A stretch of 64,000 nucleotides of DNA from Octopus sinensis (GCF_006345805.1 NC_042998.1:181040001-181104000), one strand, 5' to 3'. Positions 1-12,915 are shown, counted from the stretch's first letter. Numbers and translations: made by a program. Notes: generated by a model not told the origin, from the sequence alone.

Positions 1-134
1 GGTATTAAGAAAATAATAAGGCCCAACTCCGAACACTTTCAAAAATCTTTCCCTTCCATATCGCTACCCTTTCAGAACGGGGGAAAATTCAATACCTCTG
101 TCACAGTTTGTCTGGAAATTCAGCAATTTAACAA

Positions 135-341
135 TGCTTTCTACTATAGGCACAAGGCCTGAAATTTGGCGGGAGGGAACTAGTCGATTACATCGATTCC
201 AGTACTCGACTGGTACTTAATTCATCGACCCCAAAAGGATGAAAGACAAAGTCGACCTCAGCGGAATTTGAACTCAGAACGGACAAAATACCGCTAAGCA
301 TTTCGTCCAGCGCGCAAAAGTTTCTGCCAGCTCGCTGCCTT
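135..341 (-). mobile_element. SINE family A, tail type 2
   Basis: Reverse complement gives ggcagcgagctggcagaa...ttctgagttcaaattccgctgaggtcgactttgtctttcatccttttggggtcgat...aaatttcaggccttgtgcctatagtagaaag, matching other copies in the window. Confidence 0.9.
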
Positions 342-768
342 TCAGCAATCTATTAATGTGAAACTTGTTAATAGACCCCTCCATATTATAATGACTAATT
401 GAACTGAATGCTTTTACTAATTGTGAGTGGCATTGTTCAATTGTCACCACCAGAGGAGGTTTCTCTTGCAGCTTTTGGTCATCAGAAGACCTAAATTCAG
501 AAATATTAGTTTCAGCCAGTTCCAGTTAGTTCTGTTAAGCAAGTATCCATGGTACATGGTACTTCCTTAACATACAGAGACAATTTTGGAACTAATCCGG
601 TCATGTGACCAGCCTTAGTCAAAAAGAACCAGCTGTACACTCGCTCTAAACCTTTCACTATGTTTTCTATAAATTTGCAACATTGGTTGAAAAAATAACA
701 ATTATTCTCTGGATTTAATTGGAATTAATCACTAATAGCTTGTTGTGTGTGCGTTTGAGTGTGAGTGT

Positions 769-830
<62 letters not shown>

Positions 831-999
831 AGGTGTTTGTGCGTGTGTGTTTGTGTCTGTGTGTAGGCGTGTTTATGGTATATGTGTGCATATGTATTTG
901 TGTATGCTTCTTTTCTTTTTTTCTTTTCTATTTTTAATATAGAGTGAATTTTAGCCGGTCGCTTACTTGGCTGCAAAGTTTTCAGAAAGAAAGCATCCT

Positions 1000-1545
1000 T
1001 TAAATATTAATGTCTTGCAGATTTTTACTTTCCCAGATGTTATTATTTGTAGTGTATGAATAAAGGTGTTGCATTCCTTCCCCAACAACCCAAGTTTATT
1101 TATACTTTGATCTACACGGGTTGATAGTTGTCATGTTGCACCAGCATTTTGGGTGCTGTACTTACAAAATCCCTATCAATATTCCATAAATGTTTTCTTT
1201 ACCCTGTTTTTTGTTCGAACCACATTGGTGTCTATAGAGTAACTGATTTCTACAAGAGACTATTTTTTCATGTGATCCCACGCAACATCTGGTCGGTTGG
1301 GGTTTTTAGTAGGCAGCTGTTTCAAATTTTAAATTCCACCAATAGACTTTTGACGCATTAATCGCAATAGGGTTATCATTATCTCCTGATATATTCTTTT
1401 ATCTTATTTTATTCGATATTGATCTAGCTTTTGCACAACATATATCTCTTATCTGTTAAGGTTTCCTGCTTTTGTAATGTAGGAATTTAGTAGATATCTC
1501 TTGCTCTTGAAATGAATGCAGCTAGCATTCAAAATGGAGTGTCGA
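1000..1545 (-). mobile_element. Decayed RLE-type non-LTR retrotransposon fragment (R4/Dong-like C-terminal region)
   Basis: Minus-strand reading across stops and frameshifts: QEQEISTKFL...YWWNLKFET...NRPDVAWD...LVEISYSIDTNV...KENIYGILIGIL*VQHP, consistent with a restriction-like endonuclease (PD...E...K) region. Same family as 4590-4915. Confidence 0.7.
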
Positions 1546-1639
1546 AAACTAGTCGGTACATATATATGTATATGTGGCATAATATCTATATATATATATA
1601 TATATATATATTATAGATATATATATATATATAGATAGA

Positions 1640-1681
<42 letters not shown>

Positions 1682-1684
1682 TAC

Positions 1685-1728
<44 letters not shown>

Positions 1729-1867
1729 TGATAGATAGATACTTAACTGTATATACGTATGTACGTATGTATGTATATATATATATATACATACATACGT
1801 ACGTACATACATATATATATATAGTTAAGTATCTATCTATTATATATATATATATATATATATGTTC

Positions 1868-1902
<35 letters not shown>

Positions 1903-1950
1903 CGTATGTATGCATGTATGTATGTATGTATGTATACATCTATCTATAGA

Positions 1951-2111
1951 TAATCGCCATGATTGACCGCTATATCCACTAGTTTTTTTTTTCTCTCTGT
2001 TTATCTGTTCGTCTCCTTTCTGTTGAAGAGCGTAGGCTCGAAACGTAAAAGACTTTCTCACCTTCCTGAGCGTTAAACTAATACAATTGATTGTATTAGT
2101 TATAAATTCTA

Positions 2112-2118
<7 letters not shown>
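1951..2118 (+). mobile_element. Short microsatellite-flanked element with hammerhead-like motif (subfamily H1)
   Basis: 2011-2053 gtctccttt-CTGTTGA-a-gagc-gtag-gctc-GAAA-cgta-aaagac. A second copy lies at 7331-7515. Confidence 0.7.
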
Positions 2119-2147
<29 letters not shown>

Positions 2148-2151
2148 TATG

Positions 2152-2209
<58 letters not shown>

Positions 2210-2299
2210 ATATATATATATTATATATATATATAGACATATAAATATAGATATATATAGATATATATATATGTAGATATTATGTATATATATATGTAT

Positions 2300-2334
<35 letters not shown>

Positions 2335-2682
2335 TATATTATTAATATAATATATATATATATTAATGTATGTGTATGGTGAATATACAGTGTGCTTTTG
2401 CACAGTTTCCAATCTGACAAATTTAAGTTCTAATGCATTAGTCCGCAGAAAGCCAAAGCTGAGGTAAAATTTTATAATAGCAGATCAGTGCAGTTTCTCA
2501 TTATGCCGTCAAAGGAAATCGAACCTGGAACAACCCAAACTAGGCTGAGAAGTGAATTTATTAAACATACCAAATACCATTTTACTGCTTTCGTTTCCTG
2601 GTTGCTGAAAACAAGATATTTACAAATTCTTTACCTTTTGAAAGTAGACAGTTCTAAGAAACTGATCCCGTACACACACATG

Positions 2683-2729
<47 letters not shown>

Positions 2730-3532
2730 ACGCGCACACACATAAATACGCGCGCATGCTCACTTCCTTTCTCCCTCTCTGTCTCTTTCTCTCTATCTCT
2801 CTATCAATAAGTGCTTGTGTGTGTGTGTGTGTGTGCGTGTGTGTGTGTCCATGAGTGTTTGTGTGTGTCCATGTGTGTTTGTATGCGTGTGTATTTGTTT
2901 GTGTGTGTGTGTGCTTTTAAAGGATAATTTTTCTAATCTGTTGCGTGTCCATGTCTATATTCAAGACTAAACACTCCACACATAAATTTCTGTCTGCAAT
3001 CTCTGTTTGCTTTTGTTCTTTACTGATGCCAGAGTGATAAATGATGATATATTTGTATTACGCATTGTGCTTATGTATAATATATATTGCCACCACTAGA
3101 GAAAATTAAGTTTGGTAACATAACACAATACGATCTCAGTAAACGCGTGTGTGTGCGCATGCGAAGAGTGATACCCTGTATTACATGTGTATAAGTGTTA
3201 CGCCTAGATTATGTAAGTTATGGTTTACGAGTTTAACTATTACAGTCCACCATTCCTGCTGTGAAGAATGATGTAGGCAATGTTGTATATGTAAACATAA
3301 CATAATCTACTTTAATCCATACATGGTTTCATGTAGATGCACAAATTAAGAATTAAGAATTCCAATAAGCTAAAGATAGCTGGTATAGAGTAAGAAACTT
3401 GCATTAAATCATGTTAATAACTTCATTAAATAATCATCTACAGACACCACGCCAGCTCTCACAGACACACAAAAACATAGACCCACATTACACGCACCAC
3501 GCACGCGCGTATATCTATCAGTATGTGCGCCT

Positions 3533-3595
<63 letters not shown>

Positions 3596-3596
<1 letters not shown>

Positions 3597-3808
3597 AAGT
3601 TAATCTAAACATGAAAAGTCAAAGAGAAAACACAATAACGCGAGGACGTGGAACAAGTATAGTGTTATTGGACGCTCGGGAAAGGAAAGAAAGAAGGAGG
3701 ATTATAACGTTTCGAGCGGAGCTCTTCCTCAGAAACATAGGAAAAGGAAAAGTCCAAGGAAGGGAAGACGGAGGAAAAAAATCACCAACGATACACACGC
3801 GGTCACAT
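3596..3808 (-). mobile_element. Short (TA)n-flanked element with hammerhead motif (subfamily H2)
   Basis: Minus strand 3736-3702: gttt-CTGAGGA-a-gagc-tcc-gctc-GAAA-cgtt. About 210 bp, (TA)n on both sides; further copies at 7910-8119 and 28560-28780. Confidence 0.8.
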
Positions 3809-3809
3809 T

Positions 3810-3846
<37 letters not shown>

Positions 3847-3860
3847 ATGTGTGTATATAT

Positions 3861-4185
3861 AGGCGCAGGCATGGCTGTGTGGTTAGAAGATTGCTTTCTA
3901 ACTGCATGGATCCGGGTTCAATGTCGTCTACTATAGCCTGGGGCTTACCAATGCCTTGTGAGTAGATTTGATAGACGAAAACTGAATATATACATATGTG
4001 TATATATTTGTGCGTGTGTGTCTTTGTGTCTGTGTTTGTCCCCCACCCCTCATCGCTTGACAACCGATCTCAATGTGTATACCAGGCTTGCAAAGAACAA
4101 GTCCTGAGGTCGATGTATTCGACTAAAAATCCTTTAAGACGGTGGTTCAGTCGAATGACCGAAACAAGTAAAAGAATAAAAAGAT
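3861..4185 (+). mobile_element. SINE family B (tRNA head, internal microsatellite), internally deleted
   Basis: aggcgcaggcatggctgtgtggttaga (A box)...ccgggttcaa (B box)...ctatagcc...ccttgtgagtagatttg...gaaacaagtaaaaga. Confidence 0.85.
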
Positions 4186-4208
4186 AAAAGAATATATATA
4201 TATACGCG

Positions 4209-4242
<34 letters not shown>

Positions 4243-4589
4243 TGTATGTATGTATGTATATATATATCTATGTATGTATGTACGTGTGTCTGTGTGTATG
4301 TATGTATGTATGTATGTATGTATGTATGTATGTATGTATGTATGTATGTGTGTGTGTGTGTATAACTGCGGTTTTCGACTTAAAAAAGCATCTCCTATTG
4401 ATGTATTGTGTTAAAATCACAGAACTATATCATTAGATATAGTTCTGTATTTGTTTTACCTAACATAGTCTATTTACATTTATATCTATGTTAAGTATGA
4501 TATATAGAATGCTAATTTAAACTAATACTGCTTTCATCCGAGAAGTATGTATGCATCTATGTACATCGCTTCTGTATTTACTCATTCAT

Positions 4590-4915
4590 ATTCTTCCTCT
4601 GAAGAAGGAGCTGGTTTCTAACAAACATACATAGCTCCATCTTTGGAGTGTAGATAACGAAAACAATGTCACGTTTTAAACTTGAGTAAAGTTTTGTATA
4701 TTTTTATTGTTCCGCTTACAGATTCTATTTGTAATGTGCGGATCAGTTGGTTGGTATCTTTTTTCTAATAATCTAAGCTTATCCAGACTTACAGTTAAGC
4801 ATTTACTTACAAAGCCAAGTATTCCAATTAATATTGGTATAAAGGCAAATTTGTATTCCGGGTGTAAAAGCTGCAGGTTTCGAAGCAGTTGTCCATAGTT
4901 ATCTTCTTTCTTTTT
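4590..4915 (-). mobile_element. RLE-type non-LTR retrotransposon 3' end next to a (TATG)n tract
   Basis: ORF 4676-5011 contains KKKEDNYGQLLRNLQLLHPEYKFAFIPILIGILGFV, the K..Y..L...IP...G.LG tail of RLE endonuclease domains. A 3' UTR follows; the 5' end abuts (CATA)n. Confidence 0.8.
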
Positions 4916-5007
4916 GTATGTATGTATGTATGTATGTATGTATGTATGTATGTATGTATGTATGTATGATGTATGTATGTATGTATGTATGTATGTATGC
5001 ATGTATG

Positions 5008-5070
5008 TCATTATTCAGTTATATTTCAAGATTTCTTGCCAATAGAGAAAGAGCCGGTTTCTAACCTAGA
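5008..5070 (-). mobile_element. Short microsatellite-associated repeat related to the RLE 3' UTR
   Basis: tcagttatatttcaagatttcttgccaatagagaaagagccggtttctaacctagat recurs at 62432-62540, 61780-61885 and 63268-63370, and resembles 4605-4640. Confidence 0.7.
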
Positions 5071-5090
5071 TAGATAGACAGACAAACAGC

Positions 5091-5209
<119 letters not shown>

Positions 5210-5240
5210 GACAGACAGACAGACAGACAGATAGATAGAC

Positions 5241-5297
<57 letters not shown>

Positions 5298-5831
5298 TAG
5301 AGAGAGGGAGATAAAAATCATTGAGAGATGGGCATATAAATAAACTGGGCCTCTTTACTATTGTCTTTGTTCTTGAAAAGCATGGCTGAACATTCTCTGA
5401 CCAATCAATTTATCTTACTGGTTTCTAAATCACGAATTAACAGTATTGATAGATTGTGAAATAAAGTATATTTATATATTTATAACAAGAAAATTTCTAA
5501 TATTGTACATTAGTGTCATGATCCGTATCCAGTTTATGATATTTCCCGCTTGCGGCTCACATGAACCATGTTAGGTCACTGAGTATAACAAATTTTCACG
5601 CTTGCTAGTTTTTTCTTCTCCTTCCCTCATATTTTGACCAAACAACGATGATTCATAGCAATGTTTTTCTTCGTATTGGGAAGGGGGGATCTTCAACACA
5701 TTGACAGCTGAACACTTTATAGCATATAAACAAACGCAAACACGTTTTCATATGTGTATTTATGTGGTCATATACATTATGCACACATATACACACATAC
5801 GTGTATATGTGTTTGTGTCTGTAAGTATATA

Positions 5832-5871
<40 letters not shown>

Positions 5872-5931
5872 CATATATACATATATATATATATTAATAT
5901 GTATATATATATATATAATATATATATATAC

Positions 5932-5962
<31 letters not shown>

Positions 5963-6672
5963 GAATTATATATATATATATGTATATGTATACATATATA
6001 TATGTATACATATATATATATGTATGTATGTATGTATATATATATATATGTTTGTGTGTATGTATGTATGTATGATTGGACGGATGGGCACATAAACGGA
6101 TAGATAGACAGACAGGCCGACAGACAAACAGACAGACAGACACACACACAGAAAGACAGATGCAAGAATTAAACAATGAAATGCAGTGATGCACCGTAGA
6201 GCATTAAAACAGTTTTCCTAATAACCTGGATATGAATAATTTAACCATAACTGCATAATTAATCTTCATCATTCGGGGGTATGAGAACATGCTTAAATTT
6301 AATGCAGTTTATCCTTCACTAGTCTATTGTTCTGCTGGGATTAATTTTCACTTATTAAGACAACAATTAATAATAAAAAAATCGTTTTTGTCAACAATAA
6401 GTACACTTTTGTTTATGGGAAAAATCACTGAGTTTCTTGTATGCTGATATATTTTATGCTACTTCAACATGAGAAGTACGGAATAGGGATGCTATAAAAC
6501 TTCACATATCAGTATTCTCTTTGTCTTTTGTTTACATTATCCTGTGAATATACATTAATCATTTGGAGTAATTTATAAAGCACGGCTTTACCGCATCTAA
6601 CTAGAAAGCCACAGTGAGCAAGACGCATTCACTCATACATATACACACACATTCATCTCTCTCTCGCTCTAC

Positions 6673-6756
<84 letters not shown>

Positions 6757-6912
6757 TAAATAATATATATATATATAAGAGATAATGGTGTCATTGAGAC
6801 CCAAAGCTGTCAGGTAATGCTCAATAACTGCTATAGACAGACCATAGTTAAGTTCCAGACTCAGTAATATTGCGAACAAAGGGTTCAACGTTGGTTCTAT
6901 ATCAGCGTGTGT

Positions 6913-7056
6913 ATATAAGAATTTTTTAAGATAAAAAAACCAAGGCTGTATAGATATTAGAGCATTTATAGATAGAAGGTCTTACAGCTATCTATAAATG
7001 CTGTAATATTTATACAGCCTTGGTTTTTTATCTTATTACGCAAAAAATTCTTATAT
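6913..7056. repeat. Fold-back palindrome (about 65-bp arms, 12-nt loop)
   Basis: aagataaaaaaaccaaggctgtatagatattagagcat...atagatag / ctatctataaatgctgtaatatttatacagccttggttttttatctt, with loop aaggtcttacag. Confidence 0.9.
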
Positions 7057-7228
7057 GACGGCCTTGTTTCAGTTTCCGTCTACCAAATCCACTCACAAGG
7101 CATTGGTCGATGCGAGGCTATAATGGAAGAAGTTACGTGACCAAGGTGTCATGCAATGGGACTGAACATGGAATCATGTGGTTGAGAAGCACACTTCTTC
7201 ACTTCTTACCACACTTCCACGACTGCGA
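7057..7228 (-). mobile_element. SINE family B, 5' half
   Basis: tttcagtttccgtctaccaaatccactcacaagg...gggactgaac...cttaccacac. Confidence 0.85.
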
Positions 7229-7242
7229 CTATATATATATGA

Positions 7243-7280
<38 letters not shown>

Positions 7281-7330
7281 ATAATTAAAAAATCGTTGTT
7301 TGTCAACAATAAATACATTTTGTTTATGGG

Positions 7331-7515
7331 TCATGCTGGACCGCCGAAATCTACAAGTTTTTTTCATTCTTTGCTTATTTTCTCTCATTCCTTTCTGTTG
7401 AAGAGCGTAGGCTCGAAACATAAAAGGCTTTTTCATTTTTCTTGAGTGTCAAACTAATACAATTGCTTGTTGTTCTCTCTTTGTCTTTTGTTTTTCTATA
7501 AATTTCAAATATATA
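7331..7515 (+). mobile_element. Hammerhead-like element H1, second copy
   Basis: 7390-7427 ccttt-CTGTTGA-a-gagcgtaggctc-GAAA-cata-aaagg, giving a 5-bp stem I. Confidence 0.7.
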
Positions 7516-7519
7516 TTCT

Positions 7520-7908
7520 TTTATTCTTTTATTTGTTTCAGTCATTTGACTGCGGCCATGCTGTAACACCGCATTTAGTCGAACAAATCGATCCCAGGAC
7601 TTATTCTTTGTAAGCCTAGTACTTATTCTATCGGTTTCTTTTGCCGAACCGCTAAGTTACGGAGACGTAAACAAGAGATGGTAGGGGGACAAATACAGAC
7701 ACATACACAAATACATGCACACACAAACACAAACACACACACACATACACAAACACACACACAGTTTCCGTCTACCAAATCCACTCACAAGGCTTTGGTC
7801 GCCCGAGGCTATAGCAGTAGACAGGTGCCCAAGAGGCCACGCAGTGGGACTGAACCCGAAACTATGCGGTCGTGTAGCAAGCTTCTTACCACACAGCCAC
7901 GCTGCGCC
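7520..7908 (-). mobile_element. SINE family B, near full length
   Basis: tgtttcagtcatttgactgcggccatgctg...gccgaaccgctaagttac...(CA)n...tttccgtctaccaaatccactcacaagg...cttaccacacagccacgctgcgcc. Confidence 0.92.
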
Positions 7909-7909
7909 T

Positions 7910-8119
7910 GTGACCGCGTGTGTATCTTTGGCGATGTTTTTTCCTCCGTCTTCTCTTCCTTGGATCTTTCCTTTTTCTATGTTTCTGATGAAGAGCTCCG
8001 CTCGAAACATTGATTCTTCCTTCTTTCTTTCCTTCCTGAGCGTCCAATAACACTATACTTGTTCCACGTCCTCGCGTTGTTGTGTTTTCTCTTTGCGTTT
8101 TCATGTTTGGATTAACTTT
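7910..8119 (+). mobile_element. Hammerhead element H2, second copy
   Basis: 7981-8011 gttt-CTGATGA-a-gagc-tcc-gctc-GAAA-catt, with a canonical CUGAUGA core. Ends in (TA)n. Confidence 0.8.
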
Positions 8120-8409
8120 ATATATATATATGATTTTTAAAATTTCATGTTTTTTGGGACTTCTGATAACGCATGTCAATTGATATACTAACACTAGCCA
8201 GAGTAAACAGTTCAAAACCGGACTAAAGTTTATGCGCATGCCCGAACACATGAATGCTGCCATTTAAATTTCTAGTTGGCAAACATTGGCATGTTCGAAT
8301 ATTTTTTTATTACTACTTATGTTTCATTGTCTTTTTCTCAGTTAATATTCTTCATTTATCCATCATTTTTGTTAATATTCCGTTAACGTCGTGTTTACAA
8401 TTGCAATAT

Positions 8410-8556
8410 TTCCTTTTATCTTTCCGCCGAGGTCGACTTTGTCTTTCACTCTTTCGGGGTCGATAAAATAAGTACAAGTCAAGTACTGGGCTCGATGTAG
8501 ACGACTTATCCCCCTCTCCCGAAATTGCTGGCCTCATGTTAAAATTTGAAACTAAT
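8410..8556 (+). mobile_element. SINE family A, 3' part (tail type 2)
   Basis: ttccgccgaggtcgactttgtctttcactctttcggggtcgataaaataagtac...ccctctcccgaaattgctggcctc. Confidence 0.85.
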
Positions 8557-8694
8557 ATTTCGTCTTAAAGCTGTCTGCTTGAAAATTTACATTAAACTGT
8601 TGCATGCTTTGTCATTTACCGAGAATTAATATATCATTGCTTGGCATACCTATACATATGTGTCTCCCCGATTTTTCTTCCTCATTACTACCAG

Positions 8695-9290
8695 AAAAAG
8701 GGATATTTTGTAACGAAATTTTCTGCAAATACGCTTCAGGTGATGTAGATGCCGAATACATCGGTATTTGTCGCGAGAATGCATGTTCCATTTGGTGGGG
8801 GAGGAGTTTCGGAAAATTCGGACGAGTCGAATTTGTCTCAGAAAATTGGATGTTTTTTGACGAAATTTTCAGGGTGTGTAGTTTCCTATTATATCGGAAT
8901 TTAATATGAAAAAAGAAAATTGGTGGGCTCGCACCCATACATACGGACACGTATCACACTTATCTACAAAAGTAAATTTGGAATTTCGAAAAGTAATTGT
9001 GTGTGTCAGTATGTATGTGTGCTCGCTCAACTTTTTTGTTTTCACCCCAGATTCCGATATAATCACATACTATGAAAGGTACTTGTAGAAAATTTGATTA
9101 AAAATATCCACTTTTGCGAAAGTTATGAGGAAACAAATCCAACTCGTGTAAAATTTCCGAAAATCCTCTCCCATAAGCTCCCCCACCTCGTGCCCCAAGA
9201 ATGTTTTGTTTTTCACTAGTTCGATATAACCGGAATCTACAACATTTGAAGCATATTTCAAGAAAATTTCTGCATAAATAAAAGCGTTTT
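8695..9290. mobile_element. Old MITE/fold-back element: about 600-bp imperfect palindrome
   Basis: 8716-8765 gaaattttctgcaaatacgcttcaggtgatgtagatgccg pairs with 9220-9270; 8800-8870 pairs with 9088-9170; 8890-8950 pairs with 9003-9061. Centre near 8975. Confidence 0.75.
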
Positions 9291-9607
9291 TGGTCTATCC
9301 CCATATAGAATCATTTTCAAATTAGTTCCCATGTAACGACGACATAGCAACATCATTTAAATGTCAGAAGCAAGAATACGGGGATGGGTGTCTGGATGGA
9401 TTAAATCACTTTTAATGTAGATGTAACCACCAACATAACCCAAATGGGAACCATTGCCTGCTTTTGAAAACAACACAAACGACAAAAAAATCCTGATATG
9501 TACATACAGAGAGCTCCCACAGAAACACTCAAATTTGCAAATGAAAATACTCCTCACTGTGTCCTCCTATAGAATCATACCTCATCATAGTGGTGATATT
9601 TAAAACA

Positions 9608-9741
9608 ACAGGAAGAGAGAGTGAGAGAAAGTTGTGGCGAAAGAGTACAACAGGGGTCACCACGTGGAGCTCTTACGTGTTTTTGCACAATAAACACACA
9701 ACGCTCGGTCTGGGAATCGAAACCGCGATCATCCGATCGCA
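9608..9741 (-). mobile_element. SINE family D, partial
   Basis: Reverse complement of 10085-10235 (gcgatcggatgatcgcggtttcgattcccagaccgagcgttgtgtgtttattg...gtactctttcgccacaactttctctcactc). Confidence 0.85.
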
Positions 9742-10053
9742 ATAAAGGACTCACACCAAACACATCCTAGTACGGAGACTACCGCCAGTTTAATCGCGAG
9801 TAAGATGAACTCCACTTGTTTATCCCAAAAGTTCAGAAAATACAAAACCCCATATTTTAATTTACTTAAACCACCAGGGATATCGTACCGACTATGCATG
9901 GCTAAGGCATTTATTTTCCTAAAAGAGCCAGTGGTATAACTGAATAGAAGATCGCGAAATATAACCAATTTACTGTCACCGGAAACACTTTCTTCCGAAA
10001 AATTTCCATCCTTCCCCAGGTTTACGTGAATAAAGTATACTACAATGGCTGCA

Positions 10054-10358
10054 TGTGGAGGCGCAGTGGTTAGGGTAGCGGACTCGCAATCGGATGATCG
10101 CGGTTTCGATTCCCAGAGCGGGCGTTGTGTGTTTATTGAGCGAAAACACGATAAAGCTCCACGAGCTCCGGCAGGGGGTGATGGTGACTCTTGTTGTACT
10201 CTTTTGCCACAACTTTCTCTCACTCTTTCTGTTTCTTGAGTAACGCTGCGATGGACTGACGTCCCGTCCAGCTGGGGGGAACACATACGCCATAAAAACC
10301 GGGAAACCGGGCCCATGAGCTTGGCTAGGCTTGAAAAGGGCGACGTTTTTTTTTTTTG
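10054..10358 (+). mobile_element. SINE family D, full length with TSD
   Basis: tRNA-like head (ggcgcagtggttagg; gtttcgattccc), internal gctgcgatggactgacgtcccgtccag, oligo-T end. TSD caatggct(g/c)ca at 10043-10053 and 10359-10369. Confidence 0.9.
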
Positions 10359-10769
10359 CAATGGCTCCAAACGTGCGAAATTCCAGTGTAAGTTCTTTGC
10401 CTAACAACCTTGCAGTTGAAGCTTGCTATTGTAACAGTGACATTAACTACATGACCGGCTCCAACTAGTTCTCGTCGGACTTAAGCTGTACCCCGTATAC
10501 ATCTCTTTCTCCCGTTAATTCGTAGATGCATATTCGAGCCCTACGAAACAAAGCAGTGTGTAATAGCGGAGTACACTATCATCTTATAACGTAGGAAATA
10601 GAAATTCTATAATTTGTATCAATATATTTCATACCACACGAACACGTCTACATATATGTGTGTATCTACAATTATATTTAAATTAATTCTCTCTATGAGT
10701 ATGTGTATGTGAATATATCCAATTTCGTGAATTTATCCATTTATCTAATTCTTCCGTTATTGTCTTTTA

Positions 10770-11245
10770 ACAAATATATACACACGCGCACACACATACA
10801 CATATACAAGCATGCAAATACACGCACACATATACATGCATACAAACACATACATACACACATATGTATATACATATAGGCTTATATATATATATATGCT
10901 TATATACACATCCACATATACATGCATGCAAATACACGCATATATACATGCATACAAACACATACACACATATACATGCATACAAACACATACACACACG
11001 CATATGTATATACATATATGCTTATATATATATATGTATGCTTATATACACATCCACATATACAATCATGCAAATACACACACGCATATACATGCATACA
11101 AACACATACACACACGCATATGTATATACATATATGCTTATATATATATATGTATGCTTATATACACATCCACATATACAAGCATGCAAATACACACACG
11201 CATATGTATATACATATATGCTTATATATGTGTATGTATATGCAT
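10770..11245. repeat. Minisatellite built from microsatellite-like blocks (about 115-140-bp unit, about 4 copies)
   Basis: Anchor catgcaaatacac recurs near 10811, 10925, 11067 and 11183, with tgcttatatacacatccacatatac between anchors. Confidence 0.85.
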
Positions 11246-11966
11246 GTGTGTGTGTGTGTGTATGAAATATCCATATCAAATATATACGGAGAGAGGAAGT
11301 GTTTCGACCCTCAAGATTGAAGTAGAAAGAACGGAACCATTAAATAATTGGGTACCACCATACTTAAAGATGGATGAAATAAATCCTTTGTTGAGAACGA
11401 ATCTGTTGTTCATAGCGGAAAAGGTATTTATTTATTCAATGCATTAATTCAATTCGAATTGTTTTCGATTATGGCCTGTTATGCCTCTTATCATGATTAT
11501 CTGACTACTTTAAAAAATCCGCATCAGTAGGGATTTCTTTTGATCTGGAACATCAAAGTAAAATAGGTATATGATAATACATATGTGTCTTGGACATAAT
11601 CATTCTTTATGTGATACAATTACTTTAAGAAAGACATATCTTCTGTATTGATTCGTTAGATTTTTCTGAATATATCCTAAGAATATGGCCTTCAGATGTA
11701 ACGAACCTTATAAATTTAGTCGGCAATATAAATAATAGAATAATTTGGAAGAACATAGCAATCTGGATATTTGTATGTTACAGCAAACATTTGAGTGGCA
11801 GTAGAGTACAACAAACATTTACTATGTAACAATGTTAAATGTCAACTTAACTGGATATCTAAAAACGGCACCTTATTTTTGTTTGTTTTATTAGGATATA
11901 GAGAAATATGTTTTAAATATTCGTAGATTCACAATATGTATGTGTGTGTGTGTCCGTGTGCATGCG

Positions 11967-12011
<45 letters not shown>

Positions 12012-12114
12012 TAATGCGGAATTCATTCCAGTAACTGCAGCTGGAAGAAAGGACGAAAAGAAAAATATTACCAAGAATACGAAACTAGATGTTAGCTTAC
12101 CTTTTATATATATT

Positions 12115-12367
12115 TCACTCTTTTCAGTTTGTTGCACAGCAGCCATGCTGGATCACAATGTTAATGGGTTTTGTCGAACAAATAAGACTCAGTACTTATT
12201 TTTTAAAGTCCGGTACTCATTCTATTGTTCTCTTGTGCCGAACCACTAAGTTATGGAGGAGAAAAGAAGCTATCATCTGTTGTCAAGCAGGGTGGACAAA
12301 CACAAACGCAAAGACATACACACATATACAAATACAAGCACACATACATGCAAGCGAATACTTATCA

Positions 12368-12431
<64 letters not shown>

Positions 12432-12442
12432 GATATAATATT

Positions 12443-12474
<32 letters not shown>

Positions 12475-12496
12475 ATATGATATATATTTATGATAT

Positions 12497-12533
<37 letters not shown>

Positions 12534-12552
12534 GATATATATTTATGATATA

Positions 12553-12595
<43 letters not shown>

Positions 12596-12769
12596 ATATA
12601 TATTATGATATAATATGTATATATTATATATATATTATATATATTATATATATTTATGATATATATATGTATATATATATATACATACATGTATTATATA
12701 TATATATAATCTGTATGTATATATATACATATATACATATATATATAATATATGTGTGTGTATAGAATG

Positions 12770-12813
<44 letters not shown>

Positions 12814-12915
12814 TGTATGATTTATATATGTACAACGAGCTCCAACACAGTTTGCATCTACCAAATTAACTCATAGGTCGTTATTCGGGAGCTATAGTTC
12901 TAGACGCTTGTCCTT
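12115..12915 (-). mobile_element. SINE family B with internal microsatellite expanded to about 500 bp
   Basis: 3' half at 12115-12330 (gccatgctgg...tcgaacaaat...gccgaaccactaagtt); 5' remnant at 12833-12915 (cagtttgcatctaccaaatt...gctatag); (TA)n-rich tract between. Confidence 0.75.

Noticed and set aside
4598-4630. CTGAAGA / CTGAGGA motifs here and at 36493
   Set aside because: No properly placed GAAA box or stems; these belong to the RLE 3' UTR-like repeat.
9729-10407. 213-aa and 143-aa minus-strand ORFs
   Set aside because: They run antisense through SINE D and its flank, and no domain is recognisable.
10770-11245. CRISPR-like repeat-spacer array (also considered for the SINE dimers and 40085-40166)
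   Set aside because: Eukaryotic context, no unique spacers between constant repeats and no cas genes.
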